NCBI GenBank assembly: GCA_964036045.1
Contig: OZ038378.1
Location: 162,316,001 to 162,380,000, forward strand
DNA length: 64,000 bases
DNA from: Eutreptiella sp. 'Long Island Sound 2002'
Taxonomy: Eukaryota > Protista > Euglenida
Direction: 5' to 3'
Numbering within the stretch: the first letter of the stretch is position 1; each line of letters begins with the position of its first letter. The notes below the pieces were generated by a model, which had not been told where the DNA came from, did not search any database, and worked only from the letters and a program-made list of their open reading frames with translations. Shown here in pieces: positions 10,363-20,800 of this stretch. A program made the translations under genes and the position numbers.

Positions 10363-11056
10363 CTGCCGATGCGAAGATCCGAGCAGAAGTCGCAGCTCTG
10401 GCCACAACGCAACTGAAGATTGGCCTGGGAAATTGGGGTTATTGGGAAGACGCAAAAAGTTCCAAGTACCGGTCGCCGTGGCCAAAGTGGAAAGCGTTGA
10501 CCGGTGCACCTCTGTGGCGGACTGGGGACAAGGGAGCACCTCCGTCACCGCAGACACTGGCCGTGCGGAAACAACTACAAAGGAAGGCTGAGGCACCAGC
10601 ATCGGCACCGACACAGACACAGTTGAGTACTGGCGACGTGATCAATGTCTCCAAGCAGGACGACCAAGGGAACAAGTGCACTTTGACAGCATGCCGCATT
10701 GAGGATATCGAAGAGACACCACCAGCCCATTTCCGGGACTTGCAGTACCCGTTGTGGGTCGTCAACACTGACCTTTTCGTGGAATATGACTCTGCAGGAT
10801 TTGTTCTGAAGTGGTTGTTCGATGTGATGATGTTGGGGAAGGACGTCATTTTCTATGGCGATGCTGATGTTGTGCACCGTATTGGCCGCGACATGCAGAG
10901 GCTGTGGCGTATGGAGAAGGACAAGGATCCAACTACAGCGCCTTTCTATCATGCCCGGTTGCCGGTATACTCTTGTCGGGTTCCGTTACAAGCAACATGT
11001 ATCAGTTCGACGAGCACTGTATGTGGATCGGAACAACGAGTCGCTGGGATAAGCAG

Positions 11057-11153
11057 GTATATCTGCTTCTTTCACCGGTTTCTATGCCGTTGTGTGCGCG
11101 AGGCCTCGCGCATTGCTGTCTCCATTATTCGTCTTTATTCATCGCATTTGCAG
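11057..11153 (+). other. Intron 4 of cargo gene (97 nt, GTATAT...TTGCAG), contains a palindrome copy
   Basis: GTAT donor as in the other three introns, pyrimidine-rich acceptor. Joins ...WIGTTSRWDKQ|LPNYVTY if a 1-nt frameshift near 10965 is assumed. Confidence 0.6.
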
Positions 11154-12644
11154 TTGCCGAACTATGTGACGTATTCCGCTGGACATTTCGAAGAGATGCA
11201 GAACAAGAACCTCGGTGGTTTCATGCCTCTGATTCACGTGCTTTGGTACCTTGACAAGTATCTGTTGGACTGTGGGCATGCTGATGCAGTGGTTGTTGTG
11301 GATGACACGCCTGCCATGGCCGCAAAGATTGCGATGTCGGACGAGTCGGGGAGGACTAAAGTGGCGTTTCTGGGTGTGTCGGCGATCAAGCAAAAAGACC
11401 TTGCGAATGCCGTTGGACGTGCTCTGCAGCATGCCATCATCATGCGGTACATGTTGGAAGCCGATCAGACGGAGCAGGGAGTGACAGCTGCAACTTGGGA
11501 TACTCAAGAAGAGTGGCTTTTGCGTGGCATTCCACTGTGGGTTTTGGACAGCAACCGAGGGTACGAAGGGCACCAGAAGGTGCATGCTGCAGAAGCCGTC
11601 CAAGAACAGATCGTGACTGAGGCCCCCGCTGACGACAGTGAGCATGTTGCGCCTGCACCTACCTTGCCAAGCCAAGCCAAGGTGAAGAAGACTGCCAAAG
11701 TTGTACCTACTCGGGGTACTGCGGCCGGAAAAGGAACCCCCTCGAGTAGCAAGAAGCAGGCGAAAGGAAAGGAGAAGGAATCGGACAAGCCCGGAGAATC
11801 AGACGACGACGATGCCGACGAGGAGTCAGAAGAAGAGGATCCGGCGCAAGTGCTGGAGACCCAGCAGAAGCGCAAGCGGGCGCCCGCCTCTCACTTCGAT
11901 GCGAGTCCCGATGATTCGGGTAAGGACCAGCCAAAGAAGAAAGCAAAGACTGCTGCGACTGCTAGTGCAGAGTTCAAGCTGCCCTCGCGTTCTGGTGCTC
12001 AGTCATCCCGTGGTACCGTTGCCTCCCCAAGTGGGACAAGTACGGTGGCAAGAAGCCTGGGTTCCAGGTTGGCTAAGGTTGCAGGACCGAAGAAGAAGTA
12101 AGTCACGATTAACCCTTGTGTTTTTGTCTCTTTTTGCAGTCATGTGTGCGCGAGGCCTCGCGCACTCGCCTTCGACGCGAATGCAATTATATGCCCTCCA
12201 CGGCTTGTGCATTTTTGCCGAGCTTTTATTTCAGTGCTTGTATGTTGTGCATTTCGTGTCCTGTTTTTGTTGTCTTCCGTACACAATTGTTTCCGCGACC
12301 TTGAGTGCGCGAGGCCTCGCGCACTCAGGGACATAAAAAAGCAATTTATTTTGCAGGACAAACTTAGGTACAACTGGAGACCCACAGAATGTCATTTTTG
12401 AAAATGAGCTCCTGAAAAGGCACGTGCTAGTGGGATTTTGAAATACAAAAACAACAACATTGGTAAAACACACCCTTCAAATCAAACAAAATAATAGTTT
12501 ATTTTGGTAAACAAAAACTTAAAAAAAGCAGCAAATTGCGTAAAAACCTATTTTTTTTGTGGTGTCTGATTCATGCGTGCTGCAAATGTCCAAAAAGAAT
12601 AGTTTTTCCGGCTGCTGTTTTTTGCGTCCGCCTCTTCCAAAAGG

Positions 12645-12667
12645 GGGTGCAGTTTGCGTGGGCTAAG
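12645..12667 (-). repeat. Right terminal inverted repeat (23 bp)
   Basis: Perfect inverted match to 5807-5829; followed by TSD ACACA. Confidence 0.92.
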
Positions 12668-12972
12668 ACACAGGCCGCCATGCCCCAAGCAGCTTCCTTG
12701 ATACAAAACATCACGCATCTCAAACCCTAGGTATCGGACAGCACACGTGGCACACGGGAGGACCAATTGCAAAATGCACTGCCAAAAGCCACGGTGCGAA
12801 AAACGACGGAACCAACGCCCGGTGTTGCTTGGCCATAGATCGACGATGGGCGTCACCCTCCGGAATCCCTCTGGCATTCCAACAGTACTTCATGCATCAC
12901 GCGACACACAAAGTGCACATAGTCCAGCAAGGCGCCGTGAGGTGTTGCTTGGCGTCACCCTCCGGAATCACT

Positions 12973-13575
12973 CCTGGAACTCTCACAGTGCATTGTCATG
13001 AATACGACGCCGGAGGCACCGCCACGGATTTGGGGGAGTATGCGCACCGCGTCAGGTATTTGAACAACTTCTCCAGGAGATGGTCTACCGGGAGAGGAGT
13101 TGTAGATGGTAATTGGTGGGCTCTGAGGCGTTACCATTCCCCCTGATTGGCTCTGGATGAAAGGGTCTCCGGAACAACCCCAGCACCCGCACCGCGGCAG
13201 GTACTCCCTCATTGTCCACAGATTGTCCGTAGGCGCCGGAGAGAGTGAGGTGTTGCTTGTCCGGGGGGGGGGGGGGGGGGGGCGTACCCACCTCCGCCCG
13301 GGGGGGGGGGGGGGGGGCACCCCTCGGTTCTGGACGCCAACTAGCCCCCCACCTAACTGTTGGCCGGAGGCCCCCTCTAATCAGGGGGAATGGTAACGCG
13401 TCAGAGCCCACCAGGTACCATCTACAACTCCTCTCCCAGTAGACCATCTCCTGGAGAAGTTGTTCAAATACCTGACGCGGTGCGGGCGCGGTGCACCCGC
13501 GGTGCGGATACTCCCCCAATCCGTGGCGGCGCCTCCGGCATCGTTTTCATGACAATGCACTGTGAGAGCTCCAGG
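12973..13575. repeat. Foldback / MITE-like element: imperfect ~175-205-bp inverted arms around a ~230-bp poly-G-containing spacer
   Basis: ~12973-13148 is an inverted copy of ~13379-13575, with mismatches and one ~20-bp indel. No clear TSD. Confidence 0.75.
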
Positions 13576-13656
13576 GGGGGGGCAGGGGTAGTTGGCGTCC
13601 CAGGACCCGCGGAGTCGCCCCCCCCCCCCGGGACCTCCCGGCCCCTGAAGACACAC

Positions 13657-14100
13657 CTCTTTTTGGTCTTGATATGCTCCGCTCGGGTCCAGGGGATGGA
13701 ACTGCGCGTAGCCCTCCGTCAGGAACTCCCACACGCTCATCGCGATTTGGTTGGCGCGGGCGGCCTCGGCGTTGGTCTTGGGGGCGTACCCCAGCTGAGC
13801 CCCGAGGTAGGCCATGCAGGCGCAGACTTGGCTGACGAAGACGGACTCGGCGCCCTTCTCTGGCGGGTGATGCAGCAGGGCCGGCGGGGCCCAGGCAGGG
13901 ACCGGGGCGGTGGCCTTGGCCGCCACGGCCTCCGCGCCGCCGCGGAAGGCGTCGAAGTGACACGCGGGGCCCTCTACATCGTCGGGGGCGTAGTCGTAGG
14001 GCACGCTGGCGTCTTCGAGAAGAAGGCGCAGGAATTCCGCACGCCCTTTGAAAGTCCGCTTTTCGGTAGGGTCGAACAGAAAGAGGGTCCACTCGGGCAT
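13657..14100 (-). CDS. Glutathione S-transferase, first coding exon (148 codons)
   Basis: FKGRAEFLRLLLEDASVPY, WAPPAL, VSQVCACMAYLG, FHPLDPSGAYQDQKE; GC3-rich codons; GT donor at 13656. Downstream exons not found in the window. Confidence 0.85.
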
Positions 14101-14871
14101 CGGCCTGAATAGACGTGGGGGTGCCGTTCCCTCATGGGGCAGTTCTGAAGGGGGGGGGGAGAGGCTGTCCTTCAGGGGGGGGGGTCAGGGGGCAAACGGA
14201 TTTTTGTTACGCTTCGTGCAGGGCAGAGGGGAAGCATCCCATGCCGTGGTACGTGGTACGTGCAGATTGCAGACCGCAGTCCTGCAGGTGCACCATGCAA
14301 CGTATCAGGGCCCAAATGCCGGTGTACCATCCTGTGAAGGACCCCCCAGGTAACCCCCTGCCCCCTTGCGCAAGCACGCAAAATAACGGCCAGACGGGTC
14401 CCGTGTTTAGACAAGGCAGTGCTTGTGCAGGCGCATTCACACTGCATCAGTTCTCTGGTCTCTGGGATATGCTATGAACAATTTAGATGGAGTACCTTCG
14501 ATCCATCCTTCACTGTATTGTGTTCATCCATATCGTTATGATACTACAGAAAGATGTGTGACCTGGTCGACACCGTGGGTGCCTGCATATAACTTCCTGT
14601 CTGTCCTGCCAGCCACTGTTCCTGTAATCAAGCACTCCTTTGGCTCTCAATACCCGTGGGTGTCCTAGTTTGTGTTCCCATCAAAACTTTGAAGTGCAAT
14701 TATAGGCGAAACTGACGACGTTTCCAGGGGATTGAAACTTCAGCACAAAGGAGACTGTGCTCTGGTGTGAGACACTGTCTGGGGCGGGGGTAGTCCAGCC
14801 ATAGGACGGAAGGGTGCACTCGTCTTGATTGAACAAATGCGTGAGCGTGGAAAAAATTTGTAAATGCATTG

Positions 14872-17800
14872 CGGCCAAAAATAATAAAATGCAGCCGCCT
14901 GAACAAGGCCAAAACAGCCGAAAATAAGAAAATTGCGGCCGCCTGAACGTGGCCAAAACGGCCGAAAATAATAAAAATGCAGCCGTCTGAACATGGGCAA
15001 AACGGCCGAAAATAATAAAAATGCAGCCGTCTGAACCTGGCCAAAACCGCCGAAAAGAATAATATTTTTGGCCGTTTTGGCGATGTTCAGGCGGCTGCAT
15101 TTTTATTATTCTCAGCCGTTTTGGCCATGTTCAGACGGCTGCATTCTTATTAATGTCGGCCGTTTTGGCCACGTTCAGGCGGCCGCAATTTTCTTATTTC
15201 TGACTGTTTTGGCCATGTTCAGGCGGCTGCATTTTTATTATTTTCGGCCGTTTTGGTCATGTTCAGATGGCTGCATTTTTATATTACTTTAGTCCATTTT
15301 GGGCATGTTCAGGCGGCTGCATTTAATTTTTTTTTGGCCAATTCGGCCATGTTCAGGCGGCTGAATTTTTATTATTTTCGGCCGTTTGGCTTACGTTCAG
15401 ACGAGTGCTTTTTTTTTTTTCCAGTAATTTCAGCCGTTTTGGCTCATGTTCAGGCGGCTGCATTTTTATCATTTTGGGCCATTTTGGCCACGCTTAGGCG
15501 GCTGCATTTGTATCATTTTGGGCAATTTGGGGCATGTTCAGCTGGCTGCATTTTTAGTACTTTCGGCTGTTTCGGCCATGTTTAGGCGGCTGCATCTATA
15601 TCATTCTCGGCCGTTTTGGCCATGTTCAGACGACTGCAGTTTTATTATTTTCGGCCGTTTTGGCGATGTTTAGGCGGCTACATTTATAGTATTTTTGGCC
15701 GTTTTGGCCATGTCCAGGCAGCCGCATTTCATTATATTCGGCCGTTTTGGCCCAGTTCAGGCAGCCGCATTTCTATTGTTTTTGGGCGTTTTGGCCATAC
15801 TCAGGCGGGTGAATTTTTATCATTGTCGGCCGTTTTGGCCATGCTTAGGCGGCTGCATTTTTAGTATTATTTTCGGCCATGTCGGCCTTGTTCAAACGGC
15901 TGCCTTTTTTTATTTTCAGTTGTTTTGGGCATGTTCAGGCTGCTGCATTTTTATTATTTACGGCTGTTTTGGCAATGTTCATCCGTATTTTTAGTATTTT
16001 CGGCCGTTTTACCCGTCTTCAGACGGCTTGATTTGTATTATGTTCGGGCGTTTTGGCCATATTCAGACGGCTGCATTTTCATTCTTTCCAGCCGTTTTGG
16101 GCATGTTCAGGCGGCTGCATTTTTATTACTAGGCGTTTTGGCCATGTTTAGCCGGCTACATTTTTATTTTTTTTCGCCGTTTTGACCATGTTCAGGCGGC
16201 TGCATTTATATTATTTTCGGCCGTTGGGCTCATGTTCCGGCGACTGTATTTCTATTAGTTTGGACCGTTTTGACCACGTTCAGGCGGCCGCATTTTTATC
16301 ATTTCCGTCCGTTTTGGCCATGTTTAGGCAGCTGCATCTATATCATTTTCGGCCGTTGTGGCCATTTTGAGGCGGTTGGATTTTAATTGTTTTCCGCCGT
16401 TTTGGCCATGTTCACGCGGTTGCATTTTACTATTTTCGGCCGTTTTGGCCATCTTCAGGCGGGTGCATTTTTATCATTTTCGGCCATTTTGGCTATGTTC
16501 AGACGACTGCATTTTTATTATTTTCAGCCGTTTTGTACACGTTCAAGCGGCTGCATTTTTTATTTTTTCTGGCCGTTTTGGCCATGTTCAGGCGGCCGCA
16601 TTTCATTATATTCGGCCGTTTTGGCCATACTCAGGCAGCCGCATTTCTATTGTTTTTGGGCGTTTTGGCCATACTCAGGCGGGTGAAGTTTTATCATTGT
16701 CGGCCGTTTTGGCCATGTTTAGGCGGCTGCATTTGTAGTATTATTTTCGGCCATGTCGGCCTTGTTCAAACGGCTGCCTTTTTTTATTTTCAGCTGTTTT
16801 GGGCATGTTCAGGCTGCTGCATTTTTATTATTTTAGGCTGTTTTGGCAATGTTCATTTGTATTTCTAGTATTTTCGGTCGTTTTACCTGTCTTCGGACGG
16901 CTGCATTTTTATGATTTCTAGACGTTTTGGCCATGTTGAGACGGCTTGATTTGTATTATGTTCGGGCGTTTTGGCCATGTTCAGCCGGCTGCATTTTCAT
17001 TCTTTCCAGCCGTTTTGGGCATGTTCAGGCGGCCGCATTTTTATTATTTCTAGGCGTTTTGGGCATGTTCAGCCGGCTGCATTTTTATTATTTTCGCCGT
17101 TTTGACCATGTTCAGGCGGCTGCATTTATATTATTTTCGGCCGTTGGGCTCATGTTCGGGCGACTGCAATTTTATCAGTTTGGACCGTTTTGACCACGTT
17201 CAGGCGGCCGCATTTTTATCATTTCCGTCCGTTTTGGCCATGCTCAGGTGGCTGCATTTTCATTATTTCTAGACGTTTTGGCCATGTTCAAACGGCGCTA
17301 TTTTAATTACTTTCGGCCGTTTTGCCCATGTTAAGATGGCTGCATTTTTATTATTTCTAGACGTTTTGGCCATGTTTAGACGGTTGCATTTTTATTATTG
17401 TCGCTCATTTTGGCCATGTCCAGGCGGCTGCATGTATATTTTTTTCGGCTGCTTGGCTCCTGTTTAGGCGGCCGCATTTTCATTCTTTCCGGCCGTTTTG
17501 GGCATGTTCAGGCGGTTGCATTTTTATCATTTTCGGCCGTTTTGGCTATGTTCAGACGACTGCATTTTTATTATTTTCAGCCGTTTTGTACACGTTCAAG
17601 CGGCTGCATTTTTTATTTTTTCTGGCCGTTTTGGCCATGTTCAGGCGGCCGCATTTCTATTCTTTTCGGGCGTTTTGGCCATACTCAGGCGGCTGAATTT
17701 TTATCATTGTCGGCCGTTTTGGCCATGTTTAGGCGGATGCATTTGATAAAAATGTAGCCGTCTAAACATGGTAAAAACGGCCGAGAATAATGTAGATGCA

Positions 17801-20800
17801 GCCGCCTGAATGCGGCCAAAACGGCCCAAAATAATAAAAATGCAACTGCCTGAACATGAGCCAAACGGCCGAAAATAATATAAACGCAGCCGCATGAATA
17901 TGGCCAAAATTGGCGAAAATAATAAAGATGAAGCCGTCTAAATATGGGCAAAACGGCCGAAAATAATAAAAATGCAGCCCTCTGAACATGGCCAAACCAT
18001 CTAGAAACGATAAAAATGCAGCCGCGTGAACATGGCCAAACCGTCTAGAAACGATAAAAATGCAGCCGCCTGAACATGGCCAAAACACCCGAAAATAATC
18101 TAAACGCAGCCGCCTGAAGATGGCCAAACCGCCCGAAAAAAATAAAAATGCAGCCGCCCGAAGATGGGTAAAACGGCCAGAAATAATAAAAATGGAGCAG
18201 CCAAAACAACTGAAAATAAAAAAAAGGCAGCCGTCTGAACAAGGACGAAACATGTTCACGTGGCTGCATTTTACTATTTTCGGCCGTTTTGGCCATTATC
18301 AGGCGGTTGCCTTTTGATCATCTTCGGCCGTTTTGGCTATGTTCAATTGACTGCGGTTTTATTATTTTCATCCGTTTTGTACACGTTTCTGGCCGTTTTG
18401 GCCCAGTTTAGGCAGCCGCATTTCTCTTTTGTTCGGGTGTTTTGGCCATGTTTAGGCGGCTGCATTTGTAGTATTATTTTCGGCCGTCTCGTCCTTGTTC
18501 AGACGGCTGCCTTTTTTTTATTTTCAGCTGTTTTGGGCATGCTCAGGCTGCTCCATTTTTATTATTTCTGGCCGTTTTACCCATCTTCGGGCGGCTGCAT
18601 TTTATTTTTTTTGGCCGTTTTGGCCAAGTTTAGGCAGCTGCATTTTTATTTTTTTCGGGCGGTTTGGCCATCTTCAGGCGGCTGCGTTTGGACTATTTTC
18701 GGGTGTTTTGGCCATGTTCAGGCGGCTGCAGTTTTATCGTTTCTAGACGGTTTGGCCATGTTCAGACGGCTTCATCTTTATTATTTTCGCCAATTTTGGC
18801 CATGTTCATGTGGCTGCGTTTATATTATTTTCGGCCGTTTGGCTCATGTTCAGGCAGTTGCATTTGTATTATTTTGGGCCGTTTTGGCCACATTCAGGCG
18901 GCTGCATCTACATTATTCTCGGCCGTTTTTACCATGTTTAGACGGCTACTTTTTTATGATTTTTTGCCGTTTTGGCCATGTTCACGTGGTTGCATTTTAC
19001 TATTTTCGGCTGTTTTGGCCATTATCAGGCGGTTGCCTTTTGACCATCTTCGGCCGTTTTGGCTATGTTCAAATGACTGCGGTTTTATTATTTTCATCCG
19101 TTTTGTACACGTTTCTGGCCGTTTTGGCCCAGTTCAGGCAGCCGCATTTCTCTTTTGTTCGGGTGGTTTGGTCATAATGAGGCGGCTGCATTTAGATGAT
19201 TGTCGGGTGTTTTGGCCATGCTCAGGTGGCTGCATTTTCATTATTTCTAGACGTTTTGGCCATGTTCAAACGGCGCTATTTTAATTACTTTCGGCCGTTT
19301 TGCCCATGTTAAGACGGCTGCATTTTTATTATTTCTAGATGTTTTGCCCATGTTTAGACGGTTGCATTTTTATTATTTTCGCTCATTTTGGCCATGTCCA
19401 GGCGGCTGCATGTATATCATTTTCGGCTGTTTGGCTCCTGTTTAGGCGGCCGCATTTTCATTCTTTCCGGCCGTTTTGGGCATGTTGAGGCGGTTGCATT
19501 TTTATTTTTTCTAGACATTTTGGCCATGTTCACGCCCGTGCATTTAGGTTATTTTTAGACGTTTTGGCCGCAGTTTTATTGTTTTCGGGTGTTTTGGCCA
19601 TGTTCAGGCGGCTGCATTTTTATCGTTTCTAGATGGTTTGGCCATGTTCAGAGGGTTGCATTTTTATTATTTTCGGCCGTTTTACCCATATTTAGACGGC
19701 TTCATTTTTATTATTTTCGCCAATTTTGGCCATGTTCATGCGGCTGCGTTTATAACATTTTCGGCCGTTTGGCTCATGTTCAGGCAGTTGCATTTTTATT
19801 ATTTTGGGCCGTTTTGGCCACATTCAGGCGGCTGCATCTACATTATTCTCGGCCGTTTTTACCATGTTTAGACGGCTACATTTTCATGATTTTCCGCCGT
19901 TTTGGCCATGTTCACGTGGTTGCATTTTACTATTTCCGGCCGTTTTGGCCATTATCAGGCGGTTGCCTTTTGATCATCTTCGGCCGTTTTGGCTATGTTC
20001 AAATGACTGCGGTTTATTATTTTCATCCGTTTTGTACACGTTTCTGGCCGTTTTGGCCCGGTTTAGGCAGCCGCATTTCTCTTTTGTTCGGGTGTTTTGG
20101 TCATACTCAGGCGGCTGAATTTTTATCGTTGTGGGCTGTTTTGTCCATGTTTAGGCGGCTGCATTTAGATGATTGTCGGGTGTTTTGGCCATGCTCAGGT
20201 GGCTGCATTTTCATTATTTCTAGACGTTTTGGCCATGTTCAAACGGCGCTATTTTAATTACTTTCGGCCGTTTTGCCCATGTTAAGACGGCTGCATTTTT
20301 ATTATTTCTAGACGTTTTGGCCATGTTTAGACGGTTGCATTTTTATTATTGTCGCTCATTTTGGCCATGTCCAGGCGGCTGCATGTATATTTTTTTCGGC
20401 TGCTTGGCTCCTGTTTAGGCGGCCGCATTTTCATTCTTTCCGGCCGTTTTGGGCATGTTCAGGCGGTTGCATTTTTATCATTTTCGGCCGTTTTGGCTAT
20501 GTTCAGACGACTGCATTTTTATTATTTTCAGCCGTTTTGTACACGTTCAAGCGGCTGCATTTTTTATTTTTTCTGGCCGTTTTGGCCATGTTCAGGCGGC
20601 CGCATTTCTATTCTTTTCGGGCGTTTTGGCCATACTCAGGCGGCTGAATTTTTATCATTGTCGGCCGTTTTGGCCATGTTTAGGCGGATGCATTTGATAA
20701 AAATGTAGCCGTCTAAACATGGTAAAAACGGCCGAGAATAATGTAGATGCAGCCGCCTGAATGTGGCCAAAACGGCCCAAAATAATAAAAATGCAACTGC

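Larger units (their letters stand above)
9144..12101 (+). pseudogene. Spliced cargo gene: N-terminal ParB/Sulfiredoxin-like domain, possible degenerate amino-methyltransferase-like fold, acidic/basic low-complexity tail
   Basis: Exons 9144-9483, 9553-9914, 9988-10291, 10363-11056, 11154-12101. Splicing gives VKITDLKID..RGQIRQID..PPGPLRVTAWEDSDGSLYVLNGQHG (ParB-like). In-frame stops at 9723, 9789 and 9801; one apparent frameshift or unresolved splice near 10950-11056. Confidence 0.7.
6001..12327. repeat. Ten dispersed copies of palindrome (T)GAGTGCGCGAGG|CCTCGCGCACTC(A)
   Basis: Copies at 6001-6026, 6225-6248, 6410-6431, 8905-8927, 8963-8984, 9942-9960, 10315-10336, 11095-11112, 12146-12165 and 12302-12327. 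None noticed outside the TIRs. Confidence 0.95.
5807..12667 (+). mobile_element. Complete 6861-bp cut-and-paste DNA transposon (23-bp TIR, 5-bp TSD ACACA), superfamily unassigned (Academ-like transposase motifs)
   Basis: CTTAGCCCACGCAAACTGCACCC (5807-5829) is the exact reverse complement of 12645-12667. ACACA lies at 5802-5806 and 12668-12672. Weaker subterminal similarity (aaaaactatt...ttyggay.tttg) occurs inside both ends. Two internal genes. Confidence 0.9.

Noticed and set aside
6594-12101. Reassigned genetic code (stop codons read as sense)
   Set aside because: An 830-codon ORF and several long exons contain no in-frame stops, and genes end in normal stops. Sporadic nonsense mutation is simpler.
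14420-14860. Decayed minus-strand coding-like fragment upstream of GST
   Set aside because: Multiple stops and no identifiable domain; cannot be assigned.
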